Shown one piece after another: positions 19,499-29,389 of a stretch of DNA of 64,000 nt. Position numbers and translations under genes: made by a program. The notes under the pieces were generated by a model. That model had not been told where the DNA came from. It saw only the letters and a program-made list of their open reading frames with translations, and searched no databases. Each line of letters opens with the position of its first letter. The stretch's first letter is position 1. Origin of the DNA: an uncultured Verrucomicrobiae bacterium (lineage in GTDB: Bacteria > Verrucomicrobiota > Verrucomicrobiia > Chthoniobacterales > JAFAMB01); contig CAWAIK010000005.1 in the NCBI GenBank assembly GCA_963782115.1, positions 96,001-160,000 on the forward strand. Direction: 5' to 3'.

Positions 19499-20854
19499 CT
19501 ATCGTTGGGTCGAGGCAGTTCGGGGGCGTGCAACGTCTCCGTGTCGGATAAAATTTCTGTACCAATGATAGGAATCCTTGGGGATGCGTTGCAGGGTGTC
19601 AAAATCCACCTTCACGAGGCCGAAGGTCGACCGGTAGCCGCAAGCCCACTCAAAATTGTCCAGCAGCGACCAGACGAAATAGCCGCGGACGTCTACGCCT
19701 TGGGCTTGTGCTCCTCGCATGGCCTGAATGTACTGGTCAAGGAATTCAATCCGCCGGTTGTCATGCACCTTTCCGTCCTCGGACACGATGTCGTCGAAGT
19801 AGGCGCCGTTTTCGGTGACGTAAATCGGCGGGCAGGGGTAAGTGTCTTGAAGCCAAAGCAACTCGTCGCGAAACTCTTGTGGATTGATCTCCCAGTCGAA
19901 ACTGGTCCGGGGCACCTCCAACGGGGGGGAAGCCCGCTGAAAACCCAACAGGGCCTTCGGGTCGGCCTGGATGTAGGCGCGAGAATAATGGTTAACGCCT
20001 AGAAAGTCGATCGGTTGATGGATCGTTTCCAGGTCGCCGGGACGGACGACTGGTTCGAACCCGGAAAGAACCTTCGTGGGGTAAGAGCCCGACAAGAGCG
20101 GGCCCAGAAAGCAATTATTCCAGAGGTCATTGTGCCGTTCCGCCATGGCGGCGGAGGCCTCCGAGCCATCGGCCGGCACGCCTCGCTGCACGTTCAGTGC
20201 GGCGCCCAGGCGAAACTCGGGGTCCATAGAGCTAAGGGCCTGCAGCGCGGTGCCTTGGGCCAGATTCAGGTGATGCGTCACGGCACGAAACGCTTTTAGG
20301 TCGGCTAAACCTGGAGCATGTACGCCCAGAGCGTGCCCAAGACACGCATAGACCGATGGCTCGTTCAGCATCATCCAGTACTTGACTCGATCGCCCAACC
20401 GTTCAGCCGTTTCCACCGCGTAGTCACTAAACCAGCCGGCCACGTCCCGGTTGACAAAACCTCCTCGGTCCTGCAGAACCTGGGGCAAGTCCCAGTGAAA
20501 GAGAGTAGCAAAGGGCGTTACTCCAGCAGTTACCAGTTCGTCGACCAAGCGATCGTAAAAGTCGAAGCCCGCAGTGTTCGGCCGGCCTTGGCCCTCGGGC
20601 AGCACCCGCGACCAGGAAATCGAGAAGCGGTAACCCTGGATACCCAGATCGCGCATCAGCGCGACGTCCTCTTGGTAGCGGTGGTAATGGTCGCAGGCCA
20701 CGTCGCCCGTGTCGCCGCGCTCGACCTTCCCGGGCGTGTGAGCAAAGACGTCCCAGATCGACGGAGCGCGTCCCCCTTCAGCGATGGCACCCTCGATCTG
20801 GTAACTGGCGGTGGCCGCTCCCCAAAGGAAAGGTTCGGTAGAGGGATCAGACAT
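19499..20854 (-). CDS. GH1 beta-glucosidase
   Basis: FLWGAATASYQIEG, DHYHRY, NEP acid/base, TENG nucleophile, WSLLDNFEW. Confidence 0.96.
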   Translation of the reverse strand: MSDPSTEPFLWGAATASYQIEGAIAEGGRAPSIWDVFAHTPGKVERGDTGDVACDHYHRYQEDVALMRDLGIQGYRFSISWSRVLPEGQGRPNTAGFDFYDRLVDELVTAGVTPFATLFHWDLPQVLQDRGGFVNRDVAGWFSDYAVETAERLGDRVKYWMMLNEPSVYACLGHALGVHAPGLADLKAFRAVTHHLNLAQGTALQALSSMDPEFRLGAALNVQRGVPADGSEASAAMAERHNDLWNNCFLGPLLSGSYPTKVLSGFEPVVRPGDLETIHQPIDFLGVNHYSRAYIQADPKALLGFQRASPPLEVPRTSFDWEINPQEFRDELLWLQDTYPCPPIYVTENGAYFDDIVSEDGKVHDNRRIEFLDQYIQAMRGAQAQGVDVRGYFVWSLLDNFEWACGYRSTFGLVKVDFDTLQRIPKDSYHWYRNFIRHGDVARPRTASTQR

Positions 20855-20888
20855 AGCAAGAGGTCGTTTCAGACTCCGATTTTCCACG

Positions 20889-21292
20889 TCACTGAGCCTT
20901 GTTTTGCTTCCAGGAGTCTTCAATGGTCTTAACAGCTTTCTCCGGCGTCGCGTTGCCCGAGGCAATGTCCGCGCTCGCATCATTGAACAGTCGGCCGGTG
21001 TCGGGGCCCAGCAGTTGATCCATCGCCATGGCAATCCACTGCCACTTATCCACCTCCTGGGCGACCGATTTTATGAGGGGATCCTGGATCGCGTCGACCG
21101 TCCCTTTGACTGCGGGGATGAACAACCCTTCGGTGGCCAGCTTAGAATTGACCTGTTCCTTCATCACCCCCTCGCCCCAGCTCTGAAAGGGGTTTGATTG
21201 AATGTGCAGGATCCTGATGACCGTTTCGGACAAGAGGCGGTAGAGAGCGCCCCTAAAAAGGCGCAGAAGAGCAAAGACTTGAAAGGGTGCAT
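20889..21292 (-). pseudogene. Sugar-binding protein collapsed by two internal deletions
   Basis: Signal peptide MHPFKSLLFCAFLGALS, then ETVIRILHIQSNP | FQSWGEGVMKEQVNS | KLATEGLFIP...DQLLGPDTGRLFND; about 400 bp, far shorter than an intact family-1 SBP gene. Confidence 0.75.
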
Positions 21293-21533
21293 GCGGCTGG
21301 CTGGGGGTTTGTGGCAATGGGCTTGAGGGGTTCACGGGTGGGACGACGCCCCGGCGGGCGGTCCCAGGGAAACGCGACCGATACGAGCAAGTTAGCAAAG
21401 CGCTCCGGCGTCGTATAGAATATTTCGCAGGCGTTTTGTACGTTCGTCTGATTTTGTGAAAGGCTGGCGGTAAGCCCGCAAAATCCTGATAATGACAGCC
21501 TAATACCGAAACACGGTTCAGCAATCAAATTTG

Positions 21534-21582
21534 CTTCGCCACCCACTTAGCGGCCAAATGATCCCTGCTGAGCCCTTCAGAA
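21534..21582 (+). repeat. 49-bp direct repeat, right copy
   Basis: Exactly 6300 bp downstream of 15234-15282, 2 mismatches. Confidence 0.92.
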
Positions 21583-21789
21583 ATCCCGTCGTAAGGAGCG
21601 CCCCGAGGAGGTCGTGCGCCGTATTGAGGTTTTGAACGGCAAAGTCGCAAAATGATGCTTTGCCTTTGACGGGATCAAATCGGTGATCGAATAAGATGTC
21701 CGAGCCGGATATGCCATCAAACGGGCTGAACCCGGAACAGGTTGCCAAAGAGGGGACCGACCAATTCATCCAGGAGGATCAATACTTCA

Positions 21790-22042
21790 GCACTTACGCC
21801 ACTTATGAGTACTTTCTACTCAAGCATCTAAGTCATTTTGTTAAACCGGGCGCCAAGCGTCTGGATATAAAGAGTTTGACCGGTTATGAGAACTTGCTGG
21901 CGTTCGCCAACCCTGACCAGAGCGTCGTCATCATGACGCAGAACGACCTCGGCCAGGAATTGCGGTTCGCGTCAAAGTCGGCGACAAAGTGATCGCTTGC
22001 ACTTTAGAGGCCGATTCGTTCCATACGTTGGTGGTCGCATGA
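21790..22042 (+). pseudogene. GH30-like glycoside hydrolase C-terminal fragment
   Basis: YFLLKHLSHFVKPGAKR...LAFANPDQSVVI, frameshift, then LEADSFHTLV. Confidence 0.7.
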
Positions 22043-22113
22043 TGTCGATGCAAGCTACAGGGCGATTAAGCCATCCGATAGCCATATCGACTTAGCATTA
22101 CACGTTTAGATTT

Positions 22114-23427
22114 ATGAAGCCCGCATTTCCTGAAATTAGCAAAATCCCCTACGAAGGCCGCTCCTCCAGAAATCCTCTGGCTTTCAAACACTACGATCCT
22201 GCCAAAGTCATCGAGCACCGGACGATGGCCGACCATCTTCGATTTTCCGTAGCCTACTGGCACACTTTCCGAAACACGTTAAGTGACCCGTTTGGCGTCG
22301 GAACGGCCATCCGCCCGTGGGACGACGGCTCAAACTCCGTGGAAAACGCATGCAACCGTGCGCGTGTCGCGTTCGAATTTGTCGACAAATTGGGCGCACC
22401 GTTTTACGCCTTTCACGATCGGGACGTGGCACCGGAAGGCGCCAGCCTCGCCGAGTCCAACCGCAATCTCGATGCGGTCGTCAAAGTGCTCAAAGAAGAG
22501 CAGCAACGCACGGGAATTAAGCTCCTCTGGGTGACTGCCTGCCTGTTCATCAATCCGCGTTTCGCTCACGGTGCGGCGACCAGCCCGAATACCAATGTGT
22601 TTATTTACGCAGCCGCGCAGGTGAAGAAGGCACTCGAAGTGGCTCATGAACTGGGTGCCGAAGGCTACGTTTTCTGGGGCGGTCGCGAAGGGTATTCCAG
22701 CCTCTGGAATACCGATATGAAGCGGGAGGTGGAACACCTTGCGAAATTTCTGCACATGGCCGTCGATTACAAGAAACAGATCGGTTTCAAGGGCCCCTTC
22801 TACATCGAACCGAAACCCAAGGAACCTACCAAACATCAATACGATTTTGACGCCGCCAGCTGTCTGAATTTCCTCCGCGAATACGGGCTGCTCGAACACT
22901 TTAAACTCAACCTGGAAACAAACCACGCCACCCTCGCCGGGCACACGATGCATCATGAATGCGAAGTCGCCGCGGCGGCCGGCGCGCTTGGCACCCTTGA
23001 CGCCAACTCCGGGGATGAATTGATTGGCTGGGACACCGACCAGTTTCCGACCAGCCTTTACCTGACTACGCAAGTTATGCTCACGGTTTTGAAAATGGGC
23101 GGTTTCACGACGGGAGGACTTAACTTTGACGCCAAGGTCCGACGCGAAAGCTTCGAGCCAGTTGATCTCTTTTATGCGCACATTGGCGGCATGGACGCCT
23201 TCGCGCGCGGCTTGAAAATCGCGGCTGCGATTCGCGCCGATGGCCGCCTAGCCGAATTGGTGAAGAATCGTTATGCGTCCTGGGACACCGGCATTGGAGC
23301 GGCCATCGAAGCGGGCAAGGAAGATTTCAATTCGCTCGAGAAACATGCGCTCAGCCAGCCCGATCCCGTTCAATCCACGAGCGGGCGGCAGGAACTTTTC
23401 GAGAATATTGTCAATGAGTTGATCTGA
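22114..23427 (+). CDS. xylA: Xylose isomerase (class II)
   Basis: [57 protein letters not shown]. Confidence 0.97.
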   Translation: MKPAFPEISKIPYEGRSSRNPLAFKHYDPAKVIEHRTMADHLRFSVAYWHTFRNTLSDPFGVGTAIRPWDDGSNSVENACNRARVAFEFVDKLGAPFYAFHDRDVAPEGASLAESNRNLDAVVKVLKEEQQRTGIKLLWVTACLFINPRFAHGAATSPNTNVFIYAAAQVKKALEVAHELGAEGYVFWGGREGYSSLWNTDMKREVEHLAKFLHMAVDYKKQIGFKGPFYIEPKPKEPTKHQYDFDAASCLNFLREYGLLEHFKLNLETNHATLAGHTMHHECEVAAAAGALGTLDANSGDELIGWDTDQFPTSLYLTTQVMLTVLKMGGFTTGGLNFDAKVRRESFEPVDLFYAHIGGMDAFARGLKIAAAIRADGRLAELVKNRYASWDTGIGAAIEAGKEDFNSLEKHALSQPDPVQSTSGRQELFENIVNELI

Positions 23428-23502
23428 CCAGCTAGTTAACTCTGGCATTAGGCCAAGGCTCAACCGGAATTAGTTATAGCTTAATGATAGCTAACGCTTC
23501 AA

Positions 23503-23870
23503 AGTGGAATTCGATTATCTGGAAAACGAAGCTTTCAAAGCCAAGTTGCCCACCCTGCTCCAGTCTAAGGATCGGCCCAGCATCTTCCACAGCTGGGGAG
23601 GTGGGTGATGGTCGAACAAATCGGTTCAGGAATCTGTCAAGACATCACGCAAAGAATCAGTGAGGGCGGGTTTAAAGATACTTTTTACCCTGCGGCCGCC
23701 CAAAATTTCAGTTTTGAAGGGAAATACTACGGCTTGCCCAACGACGTCGCACCCGAGGTGCTGTTCTTACAACAAAGAACTGTGCCAGAAGGCCGCCGTT
23801 GATCCGACTCAGATTCACTACTGGGATGATTTTATTGAGGCAGTCAAAAAGTGTAACGCAGCTGGCTCGA
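23503..23870 (+). pseudogene. Sugar-binding protein internal fragment, frameshifted
   Basis: YLENEAFKAKLPTLLQS.DRPSIFHSWGGG, YYGLP, YNKEL, WDDFIEAVKK. Confidence 0.75.
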
Positions 23871-23990
23871 AGAAGAACTATTCTGGAATTTGCGCGGCTG
23901 AAGGCCCAAGATGAACGGCGATGACCGCCCAGAAGCCATCGCGCGGCGCCGCTGTCGCCGCGTTTGAAAAAGTGCCCTTCGAAAACGCAT

Positions 23991-24305
23991 CTGTTTAGCG
24001 CGGTGTAGACCTCTCCCAATCGTCTCGATCATGGATGTTGCTGGCTAAAGTCTTCCCGGGGAGACACCGGACGAAGGAAGCAAACCCGTGCCTCGCTGTG
24101 CCAAAGAAATCGAGGACGAAGGACGAGAACGATTGGGGGAGGGAATCGAGATTTTGACTATGTATCGAAGCTTGCTTCCTAATCGTCGTCGTCGTGGTCG
24201 TCCTTCGTCCTTCGATCTTTGAACGTTGTCGGCAATCGGCGCGTTTCCCCCGTCCATAGAAGTCGAGAACGACGACGATTACGATTTCAGAACAAGAGGA
24301 CGAGT
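23991..24305. repeat. Composite GACGA-type palindromic repeats (same family as 10231 and 11831)
   Basis: Starts CTGTTTAGCG; CCCAATCGTC / GAGGACGAAGGACGAGAACGATTGGG arms and a second TCGTCGTC / GACGACGA pair. Confidence 0.7.
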
Positions 24306-24392
24306 GGGGATAAAGGGGCGTTTCATTCGTTGCTGATCGAGATTTAGACAACGCAGGCCCACGTGCCTCCGATGGCTCTTAAAGACAGTGAC

Positions 24393-24503
24393 TCTTTGTG
24401 ACCTTTGCGATCTTCTGTTCAAAAATGACTTTTGCTTTTTTTCTGTCTTAGTGCCGGGGGGACGAAGAAAAATCATTTGCACAGATCACAAAGGTCACAA
24501 AGA
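24393..24503. repeat. Long inverted repeat (hairpin element)
   Basis: TCTTTGTGACCTTTGCGATCT vs AGATCACAAAGGTCACAAAGA (20/21 complementary). Confidence 0.8.
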
Positions 24504-24653
24504 CAATCCTTTCGATAGAAACGGCCTACGCCCGGAGCCACATCTAAGCCCCCGATCAGTGCCAAAGACCCAGTAAATCCCGAAACAGGATGCGGATGAG
24601 CATGGAAGAGTTCGGCGATCTGTTTTTCGTAGCGCGCGATGTAAGGCACACGC

Positions 24654-25505
24654 TTATGCAGCGGCGCTTTCGATTTCCTTTAGTTCAGCATCCGATATGG
24701 AGATCGCCGCGGCCTTGAGGTTCTCCTCAAGATGAGCAACCGACGAGGTCCCCGGGATCGGCAGCATGACAGGGCTGCGGTGCAACAGCCATGCGATCGA
24801 GAGCTGTGCCACCGTGGCGCCGTGGCGTTTTGCAATCGTGTCCAGCTTGCCGCCGGGCTGGGCCAGCTTGCCGGCTGCCACCGGGAACCATGGTATGAAA
24901 GCGAGTCCATGTTTCTCGCAATACTCCAGCACGTCCTCATGCTGGCGGTCGCCTACGTTGTAGAGGTTCTGCACACTGACGATGTCTATTAACTTGCGAG
25001 CCTGCTCAATCTCGGCGGGCTTCACCTCACTGAGACCAACATGGCGGATCTTGCCCTGACGCTGCAGTTTGCCAATCACTCCCAACGACTCTTCTACGGG
25101 CACCTGAGGATCGATGCGGTGCAGTTGCCAGAGATCGATCACTTCCGTCTTCAGAAGACGCAGACTCATCTCGACCTGCTGCGCCAGATACTCCGGTCGG
25201 CCAACAGGTAGCCATTGGTCAGGTCCTTGCCGGGTCAACCCTGCCTTGGTCGCGACCACTAGCCCTTTTGGGAAGGGAGAAAGTGCCTCGCCAATTAACC
25301 GCTCACTGACTGCGGGGCCGTAACTATCGGCAGTGTCGATGAAATTCACTCCCAGTTCTACTGCGCGCTTCAAGACCCGCTTTGCTTCGTCGACATCTTT
25401 CGGCTCACCCCAAATGCCTTTGCCGGTCAGTCGCATTGCTCCAAATCCAAGGCGATTTACTTCCAGATCGCCGCCAATTTTGAATGTCCTAGCTGGTGTG
25501 ATCAT
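24654..25505 (-). CDS. Aldo/keto reductase
   Basis: LGFGAM, IDTADSYG, ATK, QLHR, GLSE, QNLYN, PIPGTSS. Confidence 0.95.
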   Translation of the reverse strand: MITPARTFKIGGDLEVNRLGFGAMRLTGKGIWGEPKDVDEAKRVLKRAVELGVNFIDTADSYGPAVSERLIGEALSPFPKGLVVATKAGLTRQGPDQWLPVGRPEYLAQQVEMSLRLLKTEVIDLWQLHRIDPQVPVEESLGVIGKLQRQGKIRHVGLSEVKPAEIEQARKLIDIVSVQNLYNVGDRQHEDVLEYCEKHGLAFIPWFPVAAGKLAQPGGKLDTIAKRHGATVAQLSIAWLLHRSPVMLPIPGTSSVAHLEENLKAAAISISDAELKEIESAAA

Positions 25506-25649
25506 GTCCTTATCCTTGTCTCCTTATTCGTTGCATGGCTCGAGCGGAAATCAAGAGTATCCGGCAGACGAACACGCCCTAGGTGTGTTCGTTCTGCCGG
25601 TACAATAGTTGAGGCGCCTATTGCTTTCCTTCCATGCGTCGGTTCGAAA

Positions 25650-25750
25650 TGCCTATAAGCGAAGAATGGCTCCGCGTCTTGCAGCAGGCTGCAGTATTCG
25701 CAGCGATGACCGGCTCGTTCGCGGACAAATTGCCGGAGCCGCTCGTCCAT
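25650..25750 (-). pseudogene. HNH endonuclease N-terminal fragment
   Basis: LRQFVRERAGHRCEYC; ATG overlaps the upstream stop (TGATG). Confidence 0.7.
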
Positions 25751-26478
25751 CAAGCGGCGTGACCTTCAGTCAAAAGTCGGCGAGCTTTCGCTTGCAGAAT
25801 GGCGACGAAGTTCCCGAAACGGATCAGTGCCTCATACTCGTCGCGTTCGTCTGGCGTGAGCCTTCCTTCTGTGCATTTGTCGGCCAGTTCTTCGATCCGC
25901 CCCTGCATCTCCGTTTCGGCACGTAGGCGAAGCAACGCCTCGGCGCTTTGTCGGTCAAGACATTGGAAGATAAGGCTTGGTATGTTGCACTCAATTGGGA
26001 GTTGATTATCCTGGGCCAGGCCGAGCTCGTGCTCTAGGATCGCGCACAGTTTCGACTGCCTTTTATAATCCCGGACCGGATTGTGGAGCGTCAACATCTT
26101 CGGGTGAATCTTATTGATCGCAACATGGATGTGGACGTTGTCGGTGTCGTGATGAACGATGCTTATCCGCTGATGTTCAGCGTAGCTGAGCTCCTTGCAA
26201 AAGCGCTCCTCGATCACGCGTAGCGTGTGAGCATCGGGGTTTTCACCGGCCCTAAGCGAAATGAACAGATGATAGGTGCGATCTGATTTGGCCCGTGTAT
26301 TAAGCCGCTGTGTCGCGACGATTTCCCGGACCGCCCATGTTGTATCGGTCGAGATGCAGTTGGTAATTGTGACCTCACCCACCCTTGTCTCTTTGCTTTG
26401 GGGATCGAGCACATGGGCCACGAGCTTACTGAACCGTCCCTTCCTTGGAGTTTTAATTGCAAACTTTTTAGAGATCAT
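25750..26478 (-). pseudogene. traI: IncP TraI-like (MOBP) relaxase N-terminus fused to a small HNH-partner protein
   Basis: TNC, YHLFISL, HHDTDNVHIHVAINKIHP; after ELGLAQDN the frame reads RIEELADKCTEGRLTPDERDEYEAL. Confidence 0.8.
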
Positions 26479-26509
26479 CTTTAAGCGCTTAAAGATCCTC
26501 GAGCCGGTC

Positions 26510-26670
26510 ACTCATCTTTGTCTGTAGCGCACGCACATCAGATAATGTGTTCTCCAGTTTGCGCTGCAACCCCTGCGCGCTGCTCGACTGAAAATCGGCA
26601 TTCGTGGTTAACCACCTTTTGATGAGGCCACCAAACCGGCCAAGATCAGCGTTGGTTTTAACCAATCGGA
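26510..26670 (-). pseudogene. traJ: TraJ/MobC relaxosome protein C-terminal fragment
   Basis: RLVKTNADLGRFGGLIKRWLT, resembling the TraJ NxDLGRLGGLLKxWL motif, directly upstream of traI. Confidence 0.7.
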
Positions 26671-26749
26671 CCCTCGCCTACCGGCGTTCTCTCGCTCAAC
26701 CTAAGACTGAACCAGAACACATCCTTTTCCCTGACCAAAATATCATCGA

Positions 26750-27486
26750 ATGAAAACCCATTTGATCTTGAACATGGGCGGACGCGGCGGCGTGGGAAAA
26801 ACCGTCGCTCTCCTCGTTATAGCCGATTACCTCCAATCCAGGGGCTTTAAGTTCCATACTGCTGATTACGACACTGAAAACGCCGCTAAGCTCAGCTCCT
26901 TCTCTCACTGGTTTGACGGCAAAACCCTCTTGCTCAATCTCCGAAACACCGCTGATTGCGACAAACTCTTAAGCGGATCCGCCTCTTCGGGCGCCCTCTT
27001 CGTCCTGGCCGATCTTTCCTCTAACGCCAGCGGTGATATTGCTTCCTGGTGGCAGGAAGTCGTCACCCCAGAAACTCTTCAGGAATTAAAGCTCAGCGTC
27101 ACCGCTCTTGGCGTCGTAACTCCGCAACCTGGCTCCGCTGAATCTGTTCTGGAATGGATCGATACTCTGGGCAGCAATATTCAGTATCTTGTCGCTCTGA
27201 ATCGTCTGCTTTTTGAGCGTGTTCCAGGCTCGGACGCTGACGTCTTTACCGATTGGTTTTCCCTCGATACCAAAGGATTGCCGTTGCACACATTTGAGAT
27301 CCCTCATCTGCACCGTCCCGCAATGGACGCTCTCATCAAAGCCACGAAGTTGCCTTCACGCGCAATCAAAGGACTGAAATCTACGTTCTTATGCGAAGTC
27401 GCATAAGAGCCTGGATAGATCGGATCCACGCCCAACTGGACGCCCTTGGGCTCTTCGCTTCTGACAAGGCCGCCCAACTAGACTAG
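26750..27486 (+). pseudogene. ParA/TraL-like P-loop NTPase with a C-terminal frameshift
   Basis: GGRGGVGKT, DYDTEN; a plausible C-terminus continues in another frame to TAG 27486. Confidence 0.65.
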
Positions 27487-27531
27487 AGGCCACCAAATGA
27501 ACAGGATTCCAGGCGCTAACGGTGGATGGGG

Positions 27532-27726
27532 CTAAGCACGGGTTAAGCACGACCTCCAGATAGCCGGCGGTGTCGTGAGCATCCAGCGATCGAACATTTT
27601 GAGCAAAACTTCATCTATCTGTTGAGCATCGGGCTTGGAAACGCTTGAATTCGCTTGGAGCGAGTCTAGTTGCCATCCGTTCTGTTCCTGCGCCATTACG
27701 CTCGGGCAGAAGACCAATGCCGACAT
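27532..27726 (-). pseudogene. Fragment of a secreted, possibly NTF2-like protein
   Basis: Signal-like VMAQEQ, QIDEVLLKMFDRW; truncated. Confidence 0.35.
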
Positions 27727-27971
27727 CGCTAAAGTTCCCGATAAAGTTCTGAAGCCGTTTTGGCCAAATAGTACCGCGATATAAGTCGAAATCTATGCCC
27801 ACTGTTGTGTCAAAGCGCCGTACCAGAAGTGCTCGGGGGAAAAGCAAAGTGATTGTCGTTATGAGGGACACTTCGCCACAACGGTTCTGGTCTACGCTAA
27901 AGCAACCGCACCTCGTCCATCAAAGTATGGAGCAATCAAGTCTGTCTATATTATCCATATCTTTGATCAGT

Positions 27972-28175
27972 ATGAGGAAAGAAATTAATATCAGTACCAC
28001 AAAAATCAAACCCGAGATCCGGACTTGGTACGCCTTTGAAGGACCTTTGGGAGAGGTTGTTCATAACAAACGGTTCTTCTTCGCGTGGAAGGAAGGATGC
28101 CTGATGGGAACCTACAACACACTTGAGGAGGCTACGGAATCCCTTGCGCCGGGAGAAAGGCGAAAGACAAACTGA
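27972..28175 (+). CDS. Small hypothetical protein
   Basis: Short ORF with globular composition (WYAFEGPLGEVV...GTYNTLEEA). Confidence 0.35.
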   Translation: MRKEINISTTKIKPEIRTWYAFEGPLGEVVHNKRFFFAWKEGCLMGTYNTLEEATESLAPGERRKTN

Positions 28176-28409
28176 AAGATATAAGATTATTCCACATGTC
28201 GCGTCCCCTTTTTTGCTCGTGTTGGTGACGATGCCGATCGGGCGATCCATATCATTAACTCACGCGAATGGATTTCCGGGATCTGCGAGGCGGCAGTGCA
28301 GAAGGGTTACTGACTGCGATAGGGTATCCGACACAGTAATCAACACGAACAGGGAGGGTAAATTTGTTCGGTGGCAAAAAGGGGTGCTAGAGTCGCCATA
28401 ACTTTAGCT

Positions 28410-28543
28410 TCCCTGAAATTGTCAACGTTTTTATCCACGATGAAGGCGGTCACCGCATCGTTCAGCGCCTGTTGGAAGGCTGCGGGAGCAGCCCCGCCAT
28501 GAACATAGCTCGGGACCAGCTTGTCCTTCGCGAAGGAGTCCAT
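28410..28543 (-). pseudogene. Sugar-binding protein C-terminal fragment
   Basis: LVPSYVHGGAAPAAFQQALNDAVTAF. Confidence 0.55.
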
Positions 28544-28775
28544 CGACCATTAGGGGTAACCATCGAATTTCGAACGGTCAACATCGGTCCGAGCCGGCGG
28601 CGATTGTTTCTGGCTATGCGATGATCGTGGTCGTATTGAACCTGCCAGAAGCCACCGCGCAGGACCAGACACTTGCCGATTGAGGAGGTCGAGGTATTTT
28701 GTCTGTAAACATTCCGTTATTCTGAGATTTGGCTGGAAATCGACGTCGCTGTCCGTAAAAGAATCTAGAAAACTC

Positions 28776-29252
28776 ATGGCCCAAAAACCAGTCATCCCCC
28801 GGTCTCGCAAAACAGTAGAACGCGCCAAAAAACCGGCTGCGAAAGATACCGTCAAAAAGCTCGATAAAGCAGTCGGCGCGCGAGGATCGACGCTCGGCAC
28901 CATAGACACCCTCGTTAACAAGCATCTTGCCAGCTTCCGAAATGCAGAGAAAACGCTGGCGGAAGCAAGGGCGCTGGTTCAATCCTATGTCGAGAAATAT
29001 CCTGAATTGGGGGATTATCTCCCTAAAGACGCAGTGGAACGCGGAATTTACATCCGAGAGAGTACCACGGATGAATCGGAAGGCTCACACAAGTTCCACA
29101 TTCGCATTCGGTTGGGAGAGCAGCGGTATGAAGTTGCTGGGGCAGACCAACACGACTATGAGCAAGTGACAGCTGCCACTTGGATCCAACGTTTCAAGGA
29201 ACAACTAGCGGTGAGTATAGCAAAGATCGTTTTCGCTCGAGAAGCTGGCTAA
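28776..29252 (+). CDS. Hypothetical protein with basic N-terminus
   Basis: Open frame from MAQKPVIP, no recognised motif. Confidence 0.5.
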   Translation: MAQKPVIPRSRKTVERAKKPAAKDTVKKLDKAVGARGSTLGTIDTLVNKHLASFRNAEKTLAEARALVQSYVEKYPELGDYLPKDAVERGIYIRESTTDESEGSHKFHIRIRLGEQRYEVAGADQHDYEQVTAATWIQRFKEQLAVSIAKIVFAREAG

Positions 29253-29389
29253 CTGGTCGAGAATTCATTCGGTCCATGGGTCCCTCGAGTGTAGTTTCCG
29301 CGCCCATTCAAAAAAACTTTCCGATAACTGTGCGACGGAATGAATAGAAGACGTAATCCACGGAGATCACCTCCAAAAAAACGTAGAAT

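Noticed and set aside
15310..23181. Long antisense and alternate-frame ORFs (e.g. 15310-16101, 20318-20932, 22330-23181)
   Set aside because: Shadows of GC-rich genes on the opposite strand, with no motifs
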